A stretch of 64,000 nucleotides of DNA from Bdellovibrionota bacterium. GTDB lineage: Bacteria; Bdellovibrionota; UBA1018; CAIPTA01; JAALKR01. The DNA lies in assembly GCA_965207455.1 (NCBI GenBank), contig CBDBMJ010000001.1:544001-608000 (forward strand). The letters are read 5' to 3'. A program made the translations under genes and the position numbers. The notes under the pieces were generated by a model. It saw only the letters and a program-made list of their open reading frames with translations. It searched no databases and had not been told where the DNA came from. This document shows positions 10,254 to 21,818 of the stretch, piece after piece (position 1 is the first letter of the stretch; every line of letters begins with the position of its first letter).

Positions 10254-12174
10254 TTAATTTCTCCAGTCTTATTTTCAATTCCTTTATTGCCATAATCAGT
10301 TCCTTTTGAAGCGCTTTATACTTACTTATATTTCCCTCAAGTTCTGCTTGGTGAATCGCTAGGTTCATTTTTTTTCGGTTGCGATGGGATTCCTGTATAT
10401 ATAGTTTTTGTAACGCATGTTTTAATAACGGCTCTTCTCCTTCTCTCACCACTCCTTTTTGAGGAACGGTGGCTAGTGCAATTACATTACGCAGTTGCGT
10501 TTTATTGCGGGCACTTAAGTTCTCCATCAGATCTCCAAGGCGCGCGTTTTCTGTCTCCCCGTCTCGTAGTGGCTGGATCAAAAAATTCACTGCCTGGCTA
10601 ATCTCTTCATTTTCTAAAAAGGGTGCCAATACGAGAGCATCTTTTTGAAAGCGTTCCCTTAACTCTGGCAACCACTTGGAATATCCGAATAGATAGCTTA
10701 AAAACTGTATCTCAAATCGCCGCTCAAACCTATTTTTATCACTTTGTGCTAGAAAAGTCTTCATTTTTTGTGACGCGGCTGGTTTTTTTTGGGTATTTTT
10801 TTGGGTATTTGGCATGTTTTTTGCCTTTTTTCTGTGTTTTCCCCAAACGGTCGCCTCCACAAGGGCTTCCTCCAAAAGGAGACGGTTGGCTATATTGGAA
10901 ATTCTAGCCTGAATCCACAGGGGATCCTTCAAATACCCTAACTTTTCTCCTATCCGATTTAAGCAATCCACCCTGCTTTGTAGGGATTTAGCGCACGATC
11001 CTATCTCTCCATCTATCCATGTATCAATGGTGGCAGGGGCATGGTGAATGAGCTTTCTTAGCTTGGCAGGGCCTGCGCTTCCATGGGTTTTTAGGAACTC
11101 GTCGGGGTCTTTGCTATCGGGTAGGAATAGGGAGGTTAGGGGAAAGCCTGAGATTTGTAAAAATAAATCCATGCTGCGAAGAGCGGCTTTTTTTCCTGCC
11201 GTATCGGCGTCATAAATACTGATTATCGGATTGTCCGAACGGGAAAGAAAATGGACATGGTGGGAGGTGAGACTGGTTCCCAGCATGGCCACCACATTGG
11301 GTATTCCTGCCTGATCCATGGCAATACAGTCCATATAGCCCTCCACTAAAATGGTGGATTGTTTTTCCCTCAGGTGTCGTCTCGCCCGGTCCCAGTTATA
11401 GAGTAACTCACCCTTTTTATAGATGGAGGACTCGGAGCTGTTGAGGTATTTTGCTGGGTCTTGGGGGTCTAGGGTTCGTCCGCCAAAGCCCACAATTTCC
11501 CCTGTTCCGTTCCGAATGGGAAATATAATGCGGTTGCGAAAAGCGTCGTAAAGATTCGCTGTATTGGGATTTCCTTTCGACTGAGAGTCGTTGTTTTTTG
11601 TGGATTTTTTCAGGAGTCCCAGCTCCAGTGCTAAGGGTAGGGGAGCTTTAATACGAACGAGAAAGTTGCGTAGTTGATTCCAAGAAGGGGGAGCAAACCC
11701 TAAACCAAAATTTCTCTGGCTTGTGAGGGATACGCCTCGTTGGGTTAGGTATTTTTTGGCACCTGCGCCTTCTTTGGATTCCAGTTGTTCTTGAAAAAAG
11801 TTTGCTACATAGCGATTGAGTTTATAGGCGCGTAGTTCTGCTTGTTTTTTATCACTATTGACGCCGACCCTGGACTCCAATGCATTTTTGGGTATGAAAA
11901 TCCCCTTTTTTTCTGCCAGCCAAGCTAGGGCTTCTTGGAAGTCCAAGCCCCTGGTTTGTACAATAAAATCAATGACATCGCCGCCCTGGTTGGTGCTAAA
12001 GCAGTAGTAGAGTTGGAGGTCCGGGTTAACAAAAAAAGAAGGGCTTTTTTCCTGAGAAAAGGGGGAGAGTCCTTTGAGACGGTTTCCAGCTTGTTTCAAT
12101 TGAACCTGTTCCCCAATGATATCAACAATATTTGTAGATACCTTAATCTTTTGTATTAACTCTTTTGTTGCCAT
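10246..12174 (-). CDS. dnaG: DNA primase
   Basis: N-terminal Zn-finger-like region (SPF..EKSPSF, YYCFS; degenerate ligands), [37 protein letters not shown]. Confidence 0.96.
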   Translation of the reverse strand: MATKELIQKIKVSTNIVDIIGEQVQLKQAGNRLKGLSPFSQEKSPSFFVNPDLQLYYCFSTNQGGDVIDFIVQTRGLDFQEALAWLAEKKGIFIPKNALESRVGVNSDKKQAELRAYKLNRYVANFFQEQLESKEGAGAKKYLTQRGVSLTSQRNFGLGFAPPSWNQLRNFLVRIKAPLPLALELGLLKKSTKNNDSQSKGNPNTANLYDAFRNRIIFPIRNGTGEIVGFGGRTLDPQDPAKYLNSSESSIYKKGELLYNWDRARRHLREKQSTILVEGYMDCIAMDQAGIPNVVAMLGTSLTSHHVHFLSRSDNPIISIYDADTAGKKAALRSMDLFLQISGFPLTSLFLPDSKDPDEFLKTHGSAGPAKLRKLIHHAPATIDTWIDGEIGSCAKSLQSRVDCLNRIGEKLGYLKDPLWIQARISNIANRLLLEEALVEATVWGKHRKKAKNMPNTQKNTQKKPAASQKMKTFLAQSDKNRFERRFEIQFLSYLFGYSKWLPELRERFQKDALVLAPFLENEEISQAVNFLIQPLRDGETENARLGDLMENLSARNKTQLRNVIALATVPQKGVVREGEEPLLKHALQKLYIQESHRNRKKMNLAIHQAELEGNISKYKALQKELIMAIKELKIRLEKLND

Positions 12175-12180
12175 AGTCGC

Positions 12181-12624
12181 CTATTTTAATTTTTCTCGCA
12201 CCAAGCTGCTTAGTTTTTTACCGTCCACCTGACCCATAAATTTCTCTGTTATGGTTTTCATTACAGTGCCCATGTCTTTGAGGCTGGATGCGCCCGTTTC
12301 CTTTATTGCCGTTGCAATTTCTTTTTCCACTTCTTCGGGGGTGAGGGGTTTGGGTAGGTAGGATCGTATAATGGCGAGCTCTGCTGTATCTTTTTCCACA
12401 AGGTCGGGTCGATTGCCTTGGGTAAATAGGTCGATGGACTCCGCATACTTTTTTGCCATCCCGTTGAGTAGGGATAGTAATATGGGGTCGTCGAGTTCTT
12501 TGCCAAGGGCAATTTCCTTATTTTTAACGGCAGCATGGATTAGGCGAATCACGCCGACTCGTTGGGTTTCTCGAGCCTTCATTGCCACGATCAAATCCGC
12601 TTTCAGTTTTGATTTAATGGACAA
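12181..12624 (-). CDS. yqeY: GatB/YqeY domain protein
   Basis: AMKAR, YLP..L, KDMG.VM, DGK motifs; conserved rpsU-yqeY-dnaG-rpoD order. Confidence 0.92.
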   Translation of the reverse strand: MSIKSKLKADLIVAMKARETQRVGVIRLIHAAVKNKEIALGKELDDPILLSLLNGMAKKYAESIDLFTQGNRPDLVEKDTAELAIIRSYLPKPLTPEEVEKEIATAIKETGASSLKDMGTVMKTITEKFMGQVDGKKLSSLVREKLK

Positions 12625-12647
12625 GATGCCTCCTCAAATCAATATGT

Positions 12648-12863
12648 TTATGTTTCGTTTCTACTACTGCTGGTACGTTGCTGTTTTTCCCCGCGTTTGC
12701 GAGCAGCAATAGATTTTTTCTTTCGTTTTACACTGGGTTTTTCATACGCTTCTCGCTTACGAACCTCAGCTAAAAGACCGGATCTTTCGCAAAGTTTCTT
12801 AAACCGTCGTAGGGCAGATTCAAATGACTCTCCGTCATAAAGTCGAATAGTTGGTTTGTCCAT
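12648..12863 (-). CDS. rpsU: 30S ribosomal protein S21
   Basis: [24 protein letters not shown]. Confidence 0.97.
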   Translation of the reverse strand: MDKPTIRLYDGESFESALRRFKKLCERSGLLAEVRKREAYEKPSVKRKKKSIAARKRGEKQQRTSSSRNET

Positions 12864-12918
12864 ATTTAGTAATCACCTGCCTTACTATAGGCAAAAATAG
12901 GAGGATTCTCTGGGAATG

Positions 12919-13323
12919 TCAACGTTTTCTCTTATAGAAATAGCCTTGGCGCCCAGCAATGGGAAGTCCTCTGCCATCTATTTGAAATTCAAAGAGATTT
13001 CCAGTATCTGCGCCACAGACCAGGACTCGCATTTTCCCGTCATGGCGAGTTCGGGCCTTGAAAATACGTAGTCCTAGGCGTTTAAGGATCCTTTTTTCTC
13101 TTTCCAGGGACTCACCCTTTTTGATTCCACAGGACTTTGAGCCGTCTGGCTTATAGATCCATACTCGACCCTTTACTGGCTCTAGCTTTTGGATTTTTTT
13201 CTCCTCTAGTGCTGGAAACATGGAAATGGACTGTTGGGGAGTGGAGCAAGTCGCAAAAAACAGGACTAAAAATGGGACGAAAAAACAGATGTAAAACATT
13301 CTCATGACAAAATACCTTACCAT
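12919..13323 (-). CDS. Hypothetical lipoprotein
   Basis: Hydrophobic N-terminus ending FATC; YKPDGSKSC and CGADTG Cys pair. Confidence 0.6.
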   Translation of the reverse strand: MVRYFVMRMFYICFFVPFLVLFFATCSTPQQSISMFPALEEKKIQKLEPVKGRVWIYKPDGSKSCGIKKGESLEREKRILKRLGLRIFKARTRHDGKMRVLVCGADTGNLFEFQIDGRGLPIAGRQGYFYKRKR

Positions 13324-13373
13324 CTTCTCTAATATCTTGCAAAGCCTGTAGAGGGGGTTATGATCAGAATTGT

Positions 13374-15686
13374 ATGTCGAATGAAGAAGAAGTACTGAAA
13401 TACCACTCCCAATGGCCCCGGGGCAAGATTGAAATAAACCCCACCAAGCCCTGTATTACGTCAAGGGATTTGTCCTTGGCCTATTCTCCAGGTGTGGCTG
13501 TCCCCTGTGTACATATTGCCAAAAATCCCAACGATGTATACAAGTATACTGCCAAGGGAAATTTGGTGGGTGTGGTTTCCAATGGAACTGCGGTTCTGGG
13601 TTTGGGAAATATAGGGCCTTTGGCAGCCAAGCCGGTGATGGAGGGTAAGGGTGTTTTATTTAAGAAGTTTGCAGACATTGATGTCTTTGATATTGAGCTC
13701 AATACTACAAGCAAAGAAGAAGTGGTCCAGGCTTGTAAATTCTTAGAGCCGACCTTTGGAGGAATTAATTTAGAAGATATTAAGGCCCCAGAGTGCTTTT
13801 ATATAGAGGAGCAACTACGAAAAACGCTATCGATTCCCGTTTTTCATGACGACCAACATGGCACTGCTGTCATTGCTGGTGCTGCCTTTATCAATGCTGT
13901 AGAGATTACGGGCAAGGATATTAAAAAAATGAGAGCAGTGTTCTCTGGTGCGGGTGCTGCAGCCATTGCTTGTGCGGGTATTTTGGTTTCTCTTGGTTTG
14001 AAAAAAGAAAATATTATTTTATGTGATTCTAAGGGTGTGGTTTATAAGGGTCGAGGAGAGGGAATGAATCCCTACAAAGAGCGTTTTGCGGTGGACACGA
14101 AGCTACGTACTTTGGAAGAGGCCATGAAGGGTGCCGATGCTTTTTTAGGTGTGAGTGCAGCGGGGTTATTGAGTGATCAAATGGTAAAATCCATGGCAAA
14201 AAAGCCCATTATATTTGCCATGGCCAACCCGGAGCCTGAAATCCTTCCCTCTAGGGCAAAGAAAGTTCGTTCCGACGTGATTATTGCCACAGGGCGATCC
14301 GACTTTCCCAACCAAGTGAATAATGTACTCTGCTTTCCTTTTATTTTTCGTGGAGCTTTAGATGTGTATGCAAAGTCTATCAATGAGGAGATGAAGTTAG
14401 CGGCTGTGCATGCTTTAGCCAAACTAGCAAAAGAGCCGGTGCCTGAGTTAATTGCAAGCATATACGGTGGTCATCATTTTAGTTTTGGTCCTGAGTATTT
14501 AATTCCCAAGCCCTTTGATCCCAGGGTGCTCCTGTGGGTGGCGCCTGCGGTGGCAAAAGCAGCCATGGATTCGGGTGTGGCTCGTGAACCTATAGAGAAT
14601 ATAGAGGAGTATAAGGAAAAGTTAGAGCAGAGAATGGGAAATAATTTTATGGTGGCCATGCGATCGTTACGCAATACGGTTCGTAAGAGAACAGCGGAGC
14701 GCAAAGTAGCTCCAAAAATTGTTTTTCCAGAGGGGGATAGTGAAACCATTCTTCGTGCCTGTAGAATTGTGAAAGAAGAGGGAATAGCCACTCCCATATT
14801 ATTAGGAGATGAAAAGCATATCCGGGGTTTAATAGAGGAGTACAAGCTGACTCGTTTAAGGGATGTTACCATCATTGATCCGAAGAAATCGGAAAAGGCA
14901 GAGCACTATGCCAGGGTGTTTGCTAAAAAAAGAGAGCGTAAGGGGATGACGTTTGTTACAGCGGAAAAGAGTCTCAAGCGGAGAAATTATTTTGGTCCAA
15001 TGATGGTGGAAGTGGGAGATGCGGATGGGGTGATCAACGGAATTAGCCAAAGTTATCCTGAGGCGATTCGTCCCATGGTAACGACCATTGGTGCTAAGCC
15101 GGGGCACCGTCTTGCAGGTATTTACATTATGAACTGTAAGTCTCGAATACTATTTTTTGCAGACACTACAGTGAATATTGATATTTCCGCAAGAGAGTTA
15201 GCCGGTATTGCTTTAGAGACTTCTAAAATAGCGAGAAACTTTTTACAGACGGAGCCCAGAGTGGCCATGTTATCTTTTTCTAACTTTGGATCGGCTCCAT
15301 CTGCGGAGACAAGAAAAGTACGGGAAGCGATGGAGTATTTAAGGGAATTGGACCCGGAGTTAATTGTGGACGGAGAGATGCAAGTGGATACGGCGATTTC
15401 TCCGGATGTGGCAAGCAGAATTTTCCCCTTCTCTAAAATCCAGGGAAATGCCAATGTGCTTATTTTTCCCAATCTTGCTTCGGCTAATATTTCTTATAAG
15501 CTTTTACTGCGCTTAGGGGGAGCCGAGTCCATTGGTCCCATTTTGATTGGAATGAACAAACCGGTGAATGTACTACAACGGGTTTCCACGGTTCAGGACG
15601 TGGTGAACATGACGACAATAACAGCAATGAGGGTCCATATTGCGGATACAGTGAAAAATGAAAAAAGAAGTCATACAAACAGCTAA
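13374..15686 (+). CDS. maeB: NADP-dependent malic enzyme with phosphotransacetylase-like domain
   Basis: [43 protein letters not shown]-terminal PTA domain (FADT, DGEMQ, NVLIFP). Confidence 0.96.
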   Translation: MSNEEEVLKYHSQWPRGKIEINPTKPCITSRDLSLAYSPGVAVPCVHIAKNPNDVYKYTAKGNLVGVVSNGTAVLGLGNIGPLAAKPVMEGKGVLFKKFADIDVFDIELNTTSKEEVVQACKFLEPTFGGINLEDIKAPECFYIEEQLRKTLSIPVFHDDQHGTAVIAGAAFINAVEITGKDIKKMRAVFSGAGAAAIACAGILVSLGLKKENIILCDSKGVVYKGRGEGMNPYKERFAVDTKLRTLEEAMKGADAFLGVSAAGLLSDQMVKSMAKKPIIFAMANPEPEILPSRAKKVRSDVIIATGRSDFPNQVNNVLCFPFIFRGALDVYAKSINEEMKLAAVHALAKLAKEPVPELIASIYGGHHFSFGPEYLIPKPFDPRVLLWVAPAVAKAAMDSGVAREPIENIEEYKEKLEQRMGNNFMVAMRSLRNTVRKRTAERKVAPKIVFPEGDSETILRACRIVKEEGIATPILLGDEKHIRGLIEEYKLTRLRDVTIIDPKKSEKAEHYARVFAKKRERKGMTFVTAEKSLKRRNYFGPMMVEVGDADGVINGISQSYPEAIRPMVTTIGAKPGHRLAGIYIMNCKSRILFFADTTVNIDISARELAGIALETSKIARNFLQTEPRVAMLSFSNFGSAPSAETRKVREAMEYLRELDPELIVDGEMQVDTAISPDVASRIFPFSKIQGNANVLIFPNLASANISYKLLLRLGGAESIGPILIGMNKPVNVLQRVSTVQDVVNMTTITAMRVHIADTVKNEKRSHTNS

Positions 15687-16047
15687 AGCGCCCAAGGCCA
15701 TTGGTCCATATTCTCAGGGCGTTGTTGTATCCGATCAGAAAAAAACTATTTTTTTCTCCGGTCAAATTGCCCTTGATCCCCAAACAGGGGAATTTATTTC
15801 CCAAGGGATAGAGGGGGAGACCAAGCAAGTTTTAAAGAATATTTCCGCTTTATTAGAGGAGGTGGGTGCCGAGTTTCATCATATTATAAAAACCACTATT
15901 TTTTTAAAAAGCATGGAAGACTTCCAGACCGTCAATGTGATTTATGGAGAGTACTTTACGTTAGAGCCACCAGCCAGATCCACTGTGGAGGTTTCTTGCT
16001 TGCCTAAGAATGCTTTAGTGGAAATAGAGTGTATTGTGGTGATGTAG
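15658..16047 (+). CDS. ridA: RidA/YjgF family enamine/imine deaminase
   Basis: APKAIGPYSQG, SGQI, PARS.VEV..LP, VEIE. Confidence 0.93.
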   Translation: MKKEVIQTAKAPKAIGPYSQGVVVSDQKKTIFFSGQIALDPQTGEFISQGIEGETKQVLKNISALLEEVGAEFHHIIKTTIFLKSMEDFQTVNVIYGEYFTLEPPARSTVEVSCLPKNALVEIECIVVM

Positions 16048-16056
16048 GGAAAGTGT

Positions 16057-16971
16057 ATGAGTAAAGCAACGGGAAAAAGAATTGGCATTGTATTGAAATA
16101 TAAAATCGATCATGCCAATAAGTTAGCAGGGGAATCCATCCAGTGGTTGTTGGATAGAAACTGTGACATTGTTATTGATAAAGAGGCTAGCCATTTGTGT
16201 GAAAAGTTTCCACAAGCCAAGCACTTGTCCAAGTCGTCTATTCCCGAAGCCACTGATCTTATTTTAGTTTTTGGAGGGGATGGAACGTTTTTAAGTATTG
16301 CTCGTCAAATGCGCAAGCACTCCACTCCCATACTTGGTATCAATATGGGTCAGTTGGGGTTTCTCACGGAAACGCCTGTGGAAAAAGTGGGGCTTGCTTT
16401 GGAGAGTATTCTTTCGGGCGAGTATGAGATTCAGGATCGAACCATGCTTTCTGCCACAGTGTTGCGTGATGGAAAGACGGTTCTTACTCAGCCGGCGCTA
16501 AATGATGCGGTTATTACCAATAATGGTATTGCTCGGATATTGGACTTGCACTTAAAAATTGATTCTGTACCTGTGGCCTCCATTAAAGCCGACGGGCTTA
16601 TTTTTTCCACTCCAACGGGTTCCACGGCCTATAGTTTGGCAGCTGGAGGGCCTATTATTCATCCCTGTATGTCTGCGCTTACGATTGTGGCGATTTGCCC
16701 CCACAGCTTGACAGTGCGTCCTATTGTGGTGCCCGATACCTCACACATTGAGGTGAATATAGGTCAAAAAGGTGGGCGTTTCGTATTGACCTTAGACGGG
16801 CAATTTGGTTACGATTTAAACTCTGAGGACACCTTGGTGGTCACACGATACATGGATCATCCTTTAAAGATAATTCGCATGGTGGGGCATGATTTTTTTG
16901 AGACTTTACGAGAGAAATTAAAGCTGGGTGCCCGAGGAGAAAACAAAGGGGAAGACACGGGAGGAAAATAA
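16057..16971 (+). CDS. nadK: NAD kinase
   Basis: GGDGT, GIN.G.LGFL, ALND, DGLIFSTPTGSTAYSLAAGG. Confidence 0.96.
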   Translation: MSKATGKRIGIVLKYKIDHANKLAGESIQWLLDRNCDIVIDKEASHLCEKFPQAKHLSKSSIPEATDLILVFGGDGTFLSIARQMRKHSTPILGINMGQLGFLTETPVEKVGLALESILSGEYEIQDRTMLSATVLRDGKTVLTQPALNDAVITNNGIARILDLHLKIDSVPVASIKADGLIFSTPTGSTAYSLAAGGPIIHPCMSALTIVAICPHSLTVRPIVVPDTSHIEVNIGQKGGRFVLTLDGQFGYDLNSEDTLVVTRYMDHPLKIIRMVGHDFFETLREKLKLGARGENKGEDTGGK

Positions 16972-16974
16972 ACG

Positions 16975-18669
16975 ATGCTAAAACTTCTACGAATACAAAA
17001 CTTTGCCATCATAGAGAACATGGAGATTGAGTTCGGAACGGGACTAAATATTTTTTCTGGGGAAACGGGCGCAGGAAAATCCATTGTAATGGAAGCCTTA
17101 AACATGATTTTAGGTGGGAGGGCTTCTTCCAATATTATTCGCCAGGGAGCTGAGTCTGCTTCTGTAGAGGCGTTGTTTGAAATAGAGGACAAGTCTTTCC
17201 TTGCAGGAGTGTTGGAATCTTCTGGTATTTCTTTTGATGAAGAAAAATTCATTGTACGTAGGGTGATTCAGCCTTCAGGTAAGAGTAGGGCTTATATTAA
17301 TAATTCCATGGCCAGCCTTCAAACATTGCAGCAAATCACAGCGCCCTTTGTGGATATTTGTAGTCAAGGGGACCAGCAATTATTGGTAAAGTCAGAGGAG
17401 CAACTCCTGTGGTTGGATCGTTATGGAGACCTTACGGATTTGCGCAACTTTGTAAAAGAAAGGTTTATGCTTTGGAAAGAAAGGTTGGGGGCATTGAAGA
17501 AATTGGAAGCGGATTCCACGGACCGTGCCCAAAGAATAGATTTCTTAAAATTTCAATTAAAAGAACTCAATGAAGCAGAATTATCTAATCCTAATGAAGA
17601 CGAAGAAATTAAGCAGGAGTTGGAAGTTCTTTCTAACTCGGAAACCTTATGTGCTTTTGCCAAAGAGTCGGAAGCGGCTATTTATGGTATAGATGATTCC
17701 CAAAAATCTATGTTAGACGTTTTAAATGGATTGGTGCAAAAGGCAGAAAGTTTAGTAAAAACCGATCCAAAATTAACTCCAGCATACGAGTTAATGAATT
17801 CCTTAAAAGTTACGGTGGAGGAGGCTGGTTATTTCTTTCGAGACTATACAAAGAGTATTGTTGTTGACGAATCTCGCCTAGAAGAGCTCAATATTCGTTA
17901 TAATATATTAAATCAATTAAAGAGGAAATACGGTCCAGAGTTAGAAAAGGTAATGGCTTCTAGGGATAGGTTTACAGAGGAGTTGCAGTCCTTTGAAAAT
18001 CACAAGGAGTCTTCGCAAATTGCTAAGGCAGCAGTTCATGAGTCTAGGGAGTTATTGGATACGGAAGCCCGGGTTTTATCAGAAAAAAGAAGTGTGGTTT
18101 CTAGAGCTTTCGGTCAGGATGTGGAAAAGGAGCTTTCCGAATTGAATATGTTAGAGGCTCGCTTTATTGTGGATGTGAATACATTGGAAGACCCTACGGT
18201 AAATGGTACTAACAGGGTGGAATACAAAATTGCAGCCAATCCGGGAGAGCTTCCACAAGCCATACAAAAGGTGGCCTCAGGTGGAGAGTTGAGTAGGATT
18301 ATGCTTGCTCTACATAATGTGCTTTCCGCAAAAGATAGAATACATCTTTATCTATTCGATGAGGTGGATGCTGGCATTGGGGGTAAAACAGCGGCCACAG
18401 TAGGAAAAAAGCTCCAGCAAGTAGCAAAAAACAATCAAGTAATTTGCATCACCCACTTACCTCAGGTGGCTTGTTTTGCTAATCATCATTTTCGTGTGGA
18501 GAAGTCTATCGAAGAAAAAAATGGAGAAGCGCGAACTATTTGTTCCGTGCTTTCTTTGAAAAAAGAGGATCGCACTCTAGAGATTGCTCGTATGCTCAGT
18601 GGCGTGGAAAATGATGAAAAAGCATTGGCCAATGCGGAGTCCATGCTTTCCAATTCCCATGCCAACTGA
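16975..18669 (+). CDS. recN: DNA repair protein RecN
   Basis: GETGAGKS, coiled coil, ASGGELSR, FDEVDAG, QVICITHLPQVA; nadK-recN synteny. Confidence 0.96.
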   Translation: MLKLLRIQNFAIIENMEIEFGTGLNIFSGETGAGKSIVMEALNMILGGRASSNIIRQGAESASVEALFEIEDKSFLAGVLESSGISFDEEKFIVRRVIQPSGKSRAYINNSMASLQTLQQITAPFVDICSQGDQQLLVKSEEQLLWLDRYGDLTDLRNFVKERFMLWKERLGALKKLEADSTDRAQRIDFLKFQLKELNEAELSNPNEDEEIKQELEVLSNSETLCAFAKESEAAIYGIDDSQKSMLDVLNGLVQKAESLVKTDPKLTPAYELMNSLKVTVEEAGYFFRDYTKSIVVDESRLEELNIRYNILNQLKRKYGPELEKVMASRDRFTEELQSFENHKESSQIAKAAVHESRELLDTEARVLSEKRSVVSRAFGQDVEKELSELNMLEARFIVDVNTLEDPTVNGTNRVEYKIAANPGELPQAIQKVASGGELSRIMLALHNVLSAKDRIHLYLFDEVDAGIGGKTAATVGKKLQQVAKNNQVICITHLPQVACFANHHFRVEKSIEEKNGEARTICSVLSLKKEDRTLEIARMLSGVENDEKALANAESMLSNSHAN

Positions 18670-19792
18670 TCTTTTGAAAATTACAATTAAGGATAGTTTT
18701 AAAAATATTTATGTGCACCTGCCGTTTTGTCAAATCATTTGCCATTACTGTGATTTTTATGTAGCAAAAGTTAAGAACACCAATCAGGACAGATTCTTCC
18801 AGGCCTTAGATAGGGAGCTTGCCCTATGGGACGAAATAAAAAACCCAATAGAAACAATTTATTTAGGTGGTGGCACCCCGAGTGAATCTCCAGTTACAGC
18901 TGTTGAGCACTTTCTCCAGCAACTCCTTCCCAAGGCTCATCCCGACGTGGAAGTAACCATGGAAGTAAATCCAACTTCGGTAACAGAGGAAAAGCTCCAG
19001 CAATGGAGGTCCATGGGTATTAATCGTCTCAGTATGGGAGTGCAAAGTCTTACGGACAAACATTTGAAAAGATTGGGGCGGGGTCATTCTTCCCAGGAAG
19101 CTCTCCATGCTCTTCATCTTGCCACGAAATATTTTAAAAATATTTCTGTGGATTTAATTTACGGGATTCCTGAACAATCTATTTCTGAATTGAAGGCGGA
19201 TATTTTAAAGCTTTGTGCTTTTCCTATTGCACACCTATCTGCCTACACTCTTACGCTTAAGTCTGAGCACTTTCTCTATACTAGGCTTCCTTCCGGTGAT
19301 ATTGCCATGGATCAGGCAAATGCCATTTGTCAAACCTTGGAGTCTTTGGGTTGGAACCAGTATGAGGTTTCTAATTTTTCCCGTCCTGGTTGTCGTTCTC
19401 GTCATAATGAGAACTATTGGTCTGGAAACTCTTATTTAGGGTTGGGTCCGTCTGCCCATAGTTTTAATGGGGAATCTATGCGTTGGAAAAATGTTTCCAA
19501 TTGGAAGCAATATTGTGAAGAATTGGAGAACAATGAATTGCCCATTGTTGAGCTAGAGACGCTTAGTGAAAAAGAAAAAATCACTGAATATTTGCTTACG
19601 AAGTTTCGTCACATAAATGGGTTTCATAATGGGGATTTTCATGAACGGTTTGGAGTTGACCTTTTTCTTCAGAAGCAGGATGTTTTTCGAGAGATGGAAG
19701 CTATTGGTTTGGGAAAGAAAAATAAAGAACATTGGAAGCCAACCTTTCGTGGGCTTATGTTGGGAGAGGAAATCATTTTAAAACTTCTTTAG
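18659..19792 (+). CDS. hemW: Radical SAM heme chaperone HemW (HemN-like)
   Basis: YVHLPFCQIICHYCDF, GGGTP, RLSMGVQS, YEVSNF, HN..YW, YLGLGPSAH; start moved to ATG 18659 overlapping the recN end. Confidence 0.88.
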   Translation: MPTDLLKITIKDSFKNIYVHLPFCQIICHYCDFYVAKVKNTNQDRFFQALDRELALWDEIKNPIETIYLGGGTPSESPVTAVEHFLQQLLPKAHPDVEVTMEVNPTSVTEEKLQQWRSMGINRLSMGVQSLTDKHLKRLGRGHSSQEALHALHLATKYFKNISVDLIYGIPEQSISELKADILKLCAFPIAHLSAYTLTLKSEHFLYTRLPSGDIAMDQANAICQTLESLGWNQYEVSNFSRPGCRSRHNENYWSGNSYLGLGPSAHSFNGESMRWKNVSNWKQYCEELENNELPIVELETLSEKEKITEYLLTKFRHINGFHNGDFHERFGVDLFLQKQDVFREMEAIGLGKKNKEHWKPTFRGLMLGEEIILKLL

Positions 19793-19976
19793 TTACCTTT
19801 TTCAGTATTCCGCTACTTTATCTGCAATACATTTTTTTTGATACCTGTACCTTGTATCTTGATACTTGTGTGCGGTATTTAAACGGAATTTGTTTGCACT
19901 TTTTTTTTCATATTTTTCGTGCTACAATTGTTAAATAAAGTAAACTTTTTGTTTTTTTAACAAAGGGAGAGGAACT

Positions 19977-21758
19977 ATGAAAATGCAAACATTTATTTAT
20001 ATACTGATCCTAGTATTCTTTTTGGGTGGTTGTGGAGCCAATATAGCTGCTGATTTACCTGATTTGCCAGTAGACATTGACTATCTACTTAGGAGCAGTA
20101 CACCGTCTAATAGTAAGAGAATAGATATTAATCTTTCTGGTTTAACGGCGGGAAAAGTAGAAATATATACGGATAGTCTTTGTGGTATTGATAAAAAAAT
20201 AGGAGAGAGTACTGGAGATGGAGACATTAGCCTTACTTTAAAATCCACGGCTCTGGATGGTGTCTATGATTTTTATTTTATACACATTCCTTTGAGTGGA
20301 ATATCCACTGATTGTATTCCTACAAATATGGCCTATGAGTTGGATACAATAGTAAGCACTCCGTCTTTGGCATTAACAGGTGAGGCTCTTTCTAATCTTA
20401 GAAATCCACAATTGAGTGCCACTGAGGTGGAGGCTGGTGCCAGTATTGAATTATATTCCGATGATCTTTGTGAGCAGAAAATTCAATCCAATCTCGTTCC
20501 GCCAGAAGTGGCTAGCATAGAGATTAGGCCTCCTGAGTTGATTGCCGATGGTGTTTATAATTATTACTTGAAACAAACAGATGTGTTGGGAAATGTGTCT
20601 CCTTGTTCCTCTGGAGTCGTCTATACTTTGGACACGCAAGTTACAATACCTACTATAGTATTGCTCGATCCGTCGTCAGAGAATTTCAATAAGAGGAGAC
20701 CTGCTTTTGAAATTTCAGGTTTAGAAGAAAGTTCTGTAGTAAGTATATATTCCGATGATCAATGTTCCACGTTATTGGACTCCATTGTTGTAATGGGAAA
20801 TACGGGAAAAGTTCAGTTTTCTTCTAATATTGTGGCAAATGGTGATTATACTTATTATGCGAAGCAAGTGGATGTGTTAGGAAATATATCAACCTGTTCC
20901 GAGGGTTTATTATATGCGTTCCAAGCTCCGGTGGCTGTTGATATTTCTGCTGGTACTGATTATACCTGTGCGATTCTTTCCGATGGATCGGCTCAGTGTT
21001 GGGGAGATAATAGTTTGACTCAAATAGTGGTTCCAAGTATTAGCTCCACGGTTACTCAAATTTCGTCTGGTCAGTATCATAGCTGTGCTCTTCTTTCGGA
21101 CAACAGTGTGACTTGTTGGGGTAGTAACAGCAACGGGCGAAGAAATATTAGTACTATTGATCAGTTTGTCCAAGTTAGTGCTGGAAGTGTTCACACTTGT
21201 GCTATTTTAGAGGATGGGGCATCTATTCAGTGTCAGGGGTATAATTCGAATGGACGGACAGAACCGCCTAGTTTAGGTTCCAATACTGCAATTGAAATTT
21301 CTGCTGGTGCTTACCATACCTGTGCTATTCTTTCCGATGGAAGTGCTGTTTGTTGGGGAACGGATGCTTTTGGTGAAGCAACGGTGCCTAGTATAGATAC
21401 AAATACTTTCGTTCAAATTTCAGCTGGTGGACGGCATACTTGTGCTATTTTATCTGATGGAAGTGCAAAATGTTGGGGAGTGGATACTTACAGTATAGCT
21501 GAGGTGCCTGATATAGGCACGAATACCTTTACTCAAATTTCATCTGGAGATCAGAACGTTTGTGGTGTTTTATCTGATGGAAGTGCGGTTTGTTGGGGAA
21601 ATGTTGGTAACGGTCGGTCAACGGTGCCAGACGTGGGTACGAGGACTTTTGTTAAAATTAGTGCGGGTAGGTTGCACACCTGTGCCATTCTTTCCGATCA
21701 GTCCTCTATGTGTTGGGGAGACAATAATTCAGGTCAAACGAACGTGCCTGCTTTTTAG
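19977..21758 (+). CDS. Surface lipoprotein with three Ig-like repeats and a C-terminal RCC1-like beta-propeller
   Basis: Lipobox LGGC; three ~95-aa repeats (V/IxIYxDxxC...DGxYxxY); seven short blades (ISAGxxHTCAILSDGSxxCWG); RBS GGAGAGG. Confidence 0.8.
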   Translation: MKMQTFIYILILVFFLGGCGANIAADLPDLPVDIDYLLRSSTPSNSKRIDINLSGLTAGKVEIYTDSLCGIDKKIGESTGDGDISLTLKSTALDGVYDFYFIHIPLSGISTDCIPTNMAYELDTIVSTPSLALTGEALSNLRNPQLSATEVEAGASIELYSDDLCEQKIQSNLVPPEVASIEIRPPELIADGVYNYYLKQTDVLGNVSPCSSGVVYTLDTQVTIPTIVLLDPSSENFNKRRPAFEISGLEESSVVSIYSDDQCSTLLDSIVVMGNTGKVQFSSNIVANGDYTYYAKQVDVLGNISTCSEGLLYAFQAPVAVDISAGTDYTCAILSDGSAQCWGDNSLTQIVVPSISSTVTQISSGQYHSCALLSDNSVTCWGSNSNGRRNISTIDQFVQVSAGSVHTCAILEDGASIQCQGYNSNGRTEPPSLGSNTAIEISAGAYHTCAILSDGSAVCWGTDAFGEATVPSIDTNTFVQISAGGRHTCAILSDGSAKCWGVDTYSIAEVPDIGTNTFTQISSGDQNVCGVLSDGSAVCWGNVGNGRSTVPDVGTRTFVKISAGRLHTCAILSDQSSMCWGDNNSGQTNVPAF

Positions 21759-21766
21759 CAGGCACG
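21743..21766. terminator. Perfect 10-bp stem-loop spanning the lipoprotein stop codon, between convergent genes
   Basis: CGTGCCTGCT-TTTT-AGCAGGCACG; no clear U-tract. Confidence 0.45.
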
Positions 21767-21818
21767 GGGGTGTTAGTGGCATAGGGGGTATTAGCCCAGG
21801 GTGAGTAAGTCTCTTCCC

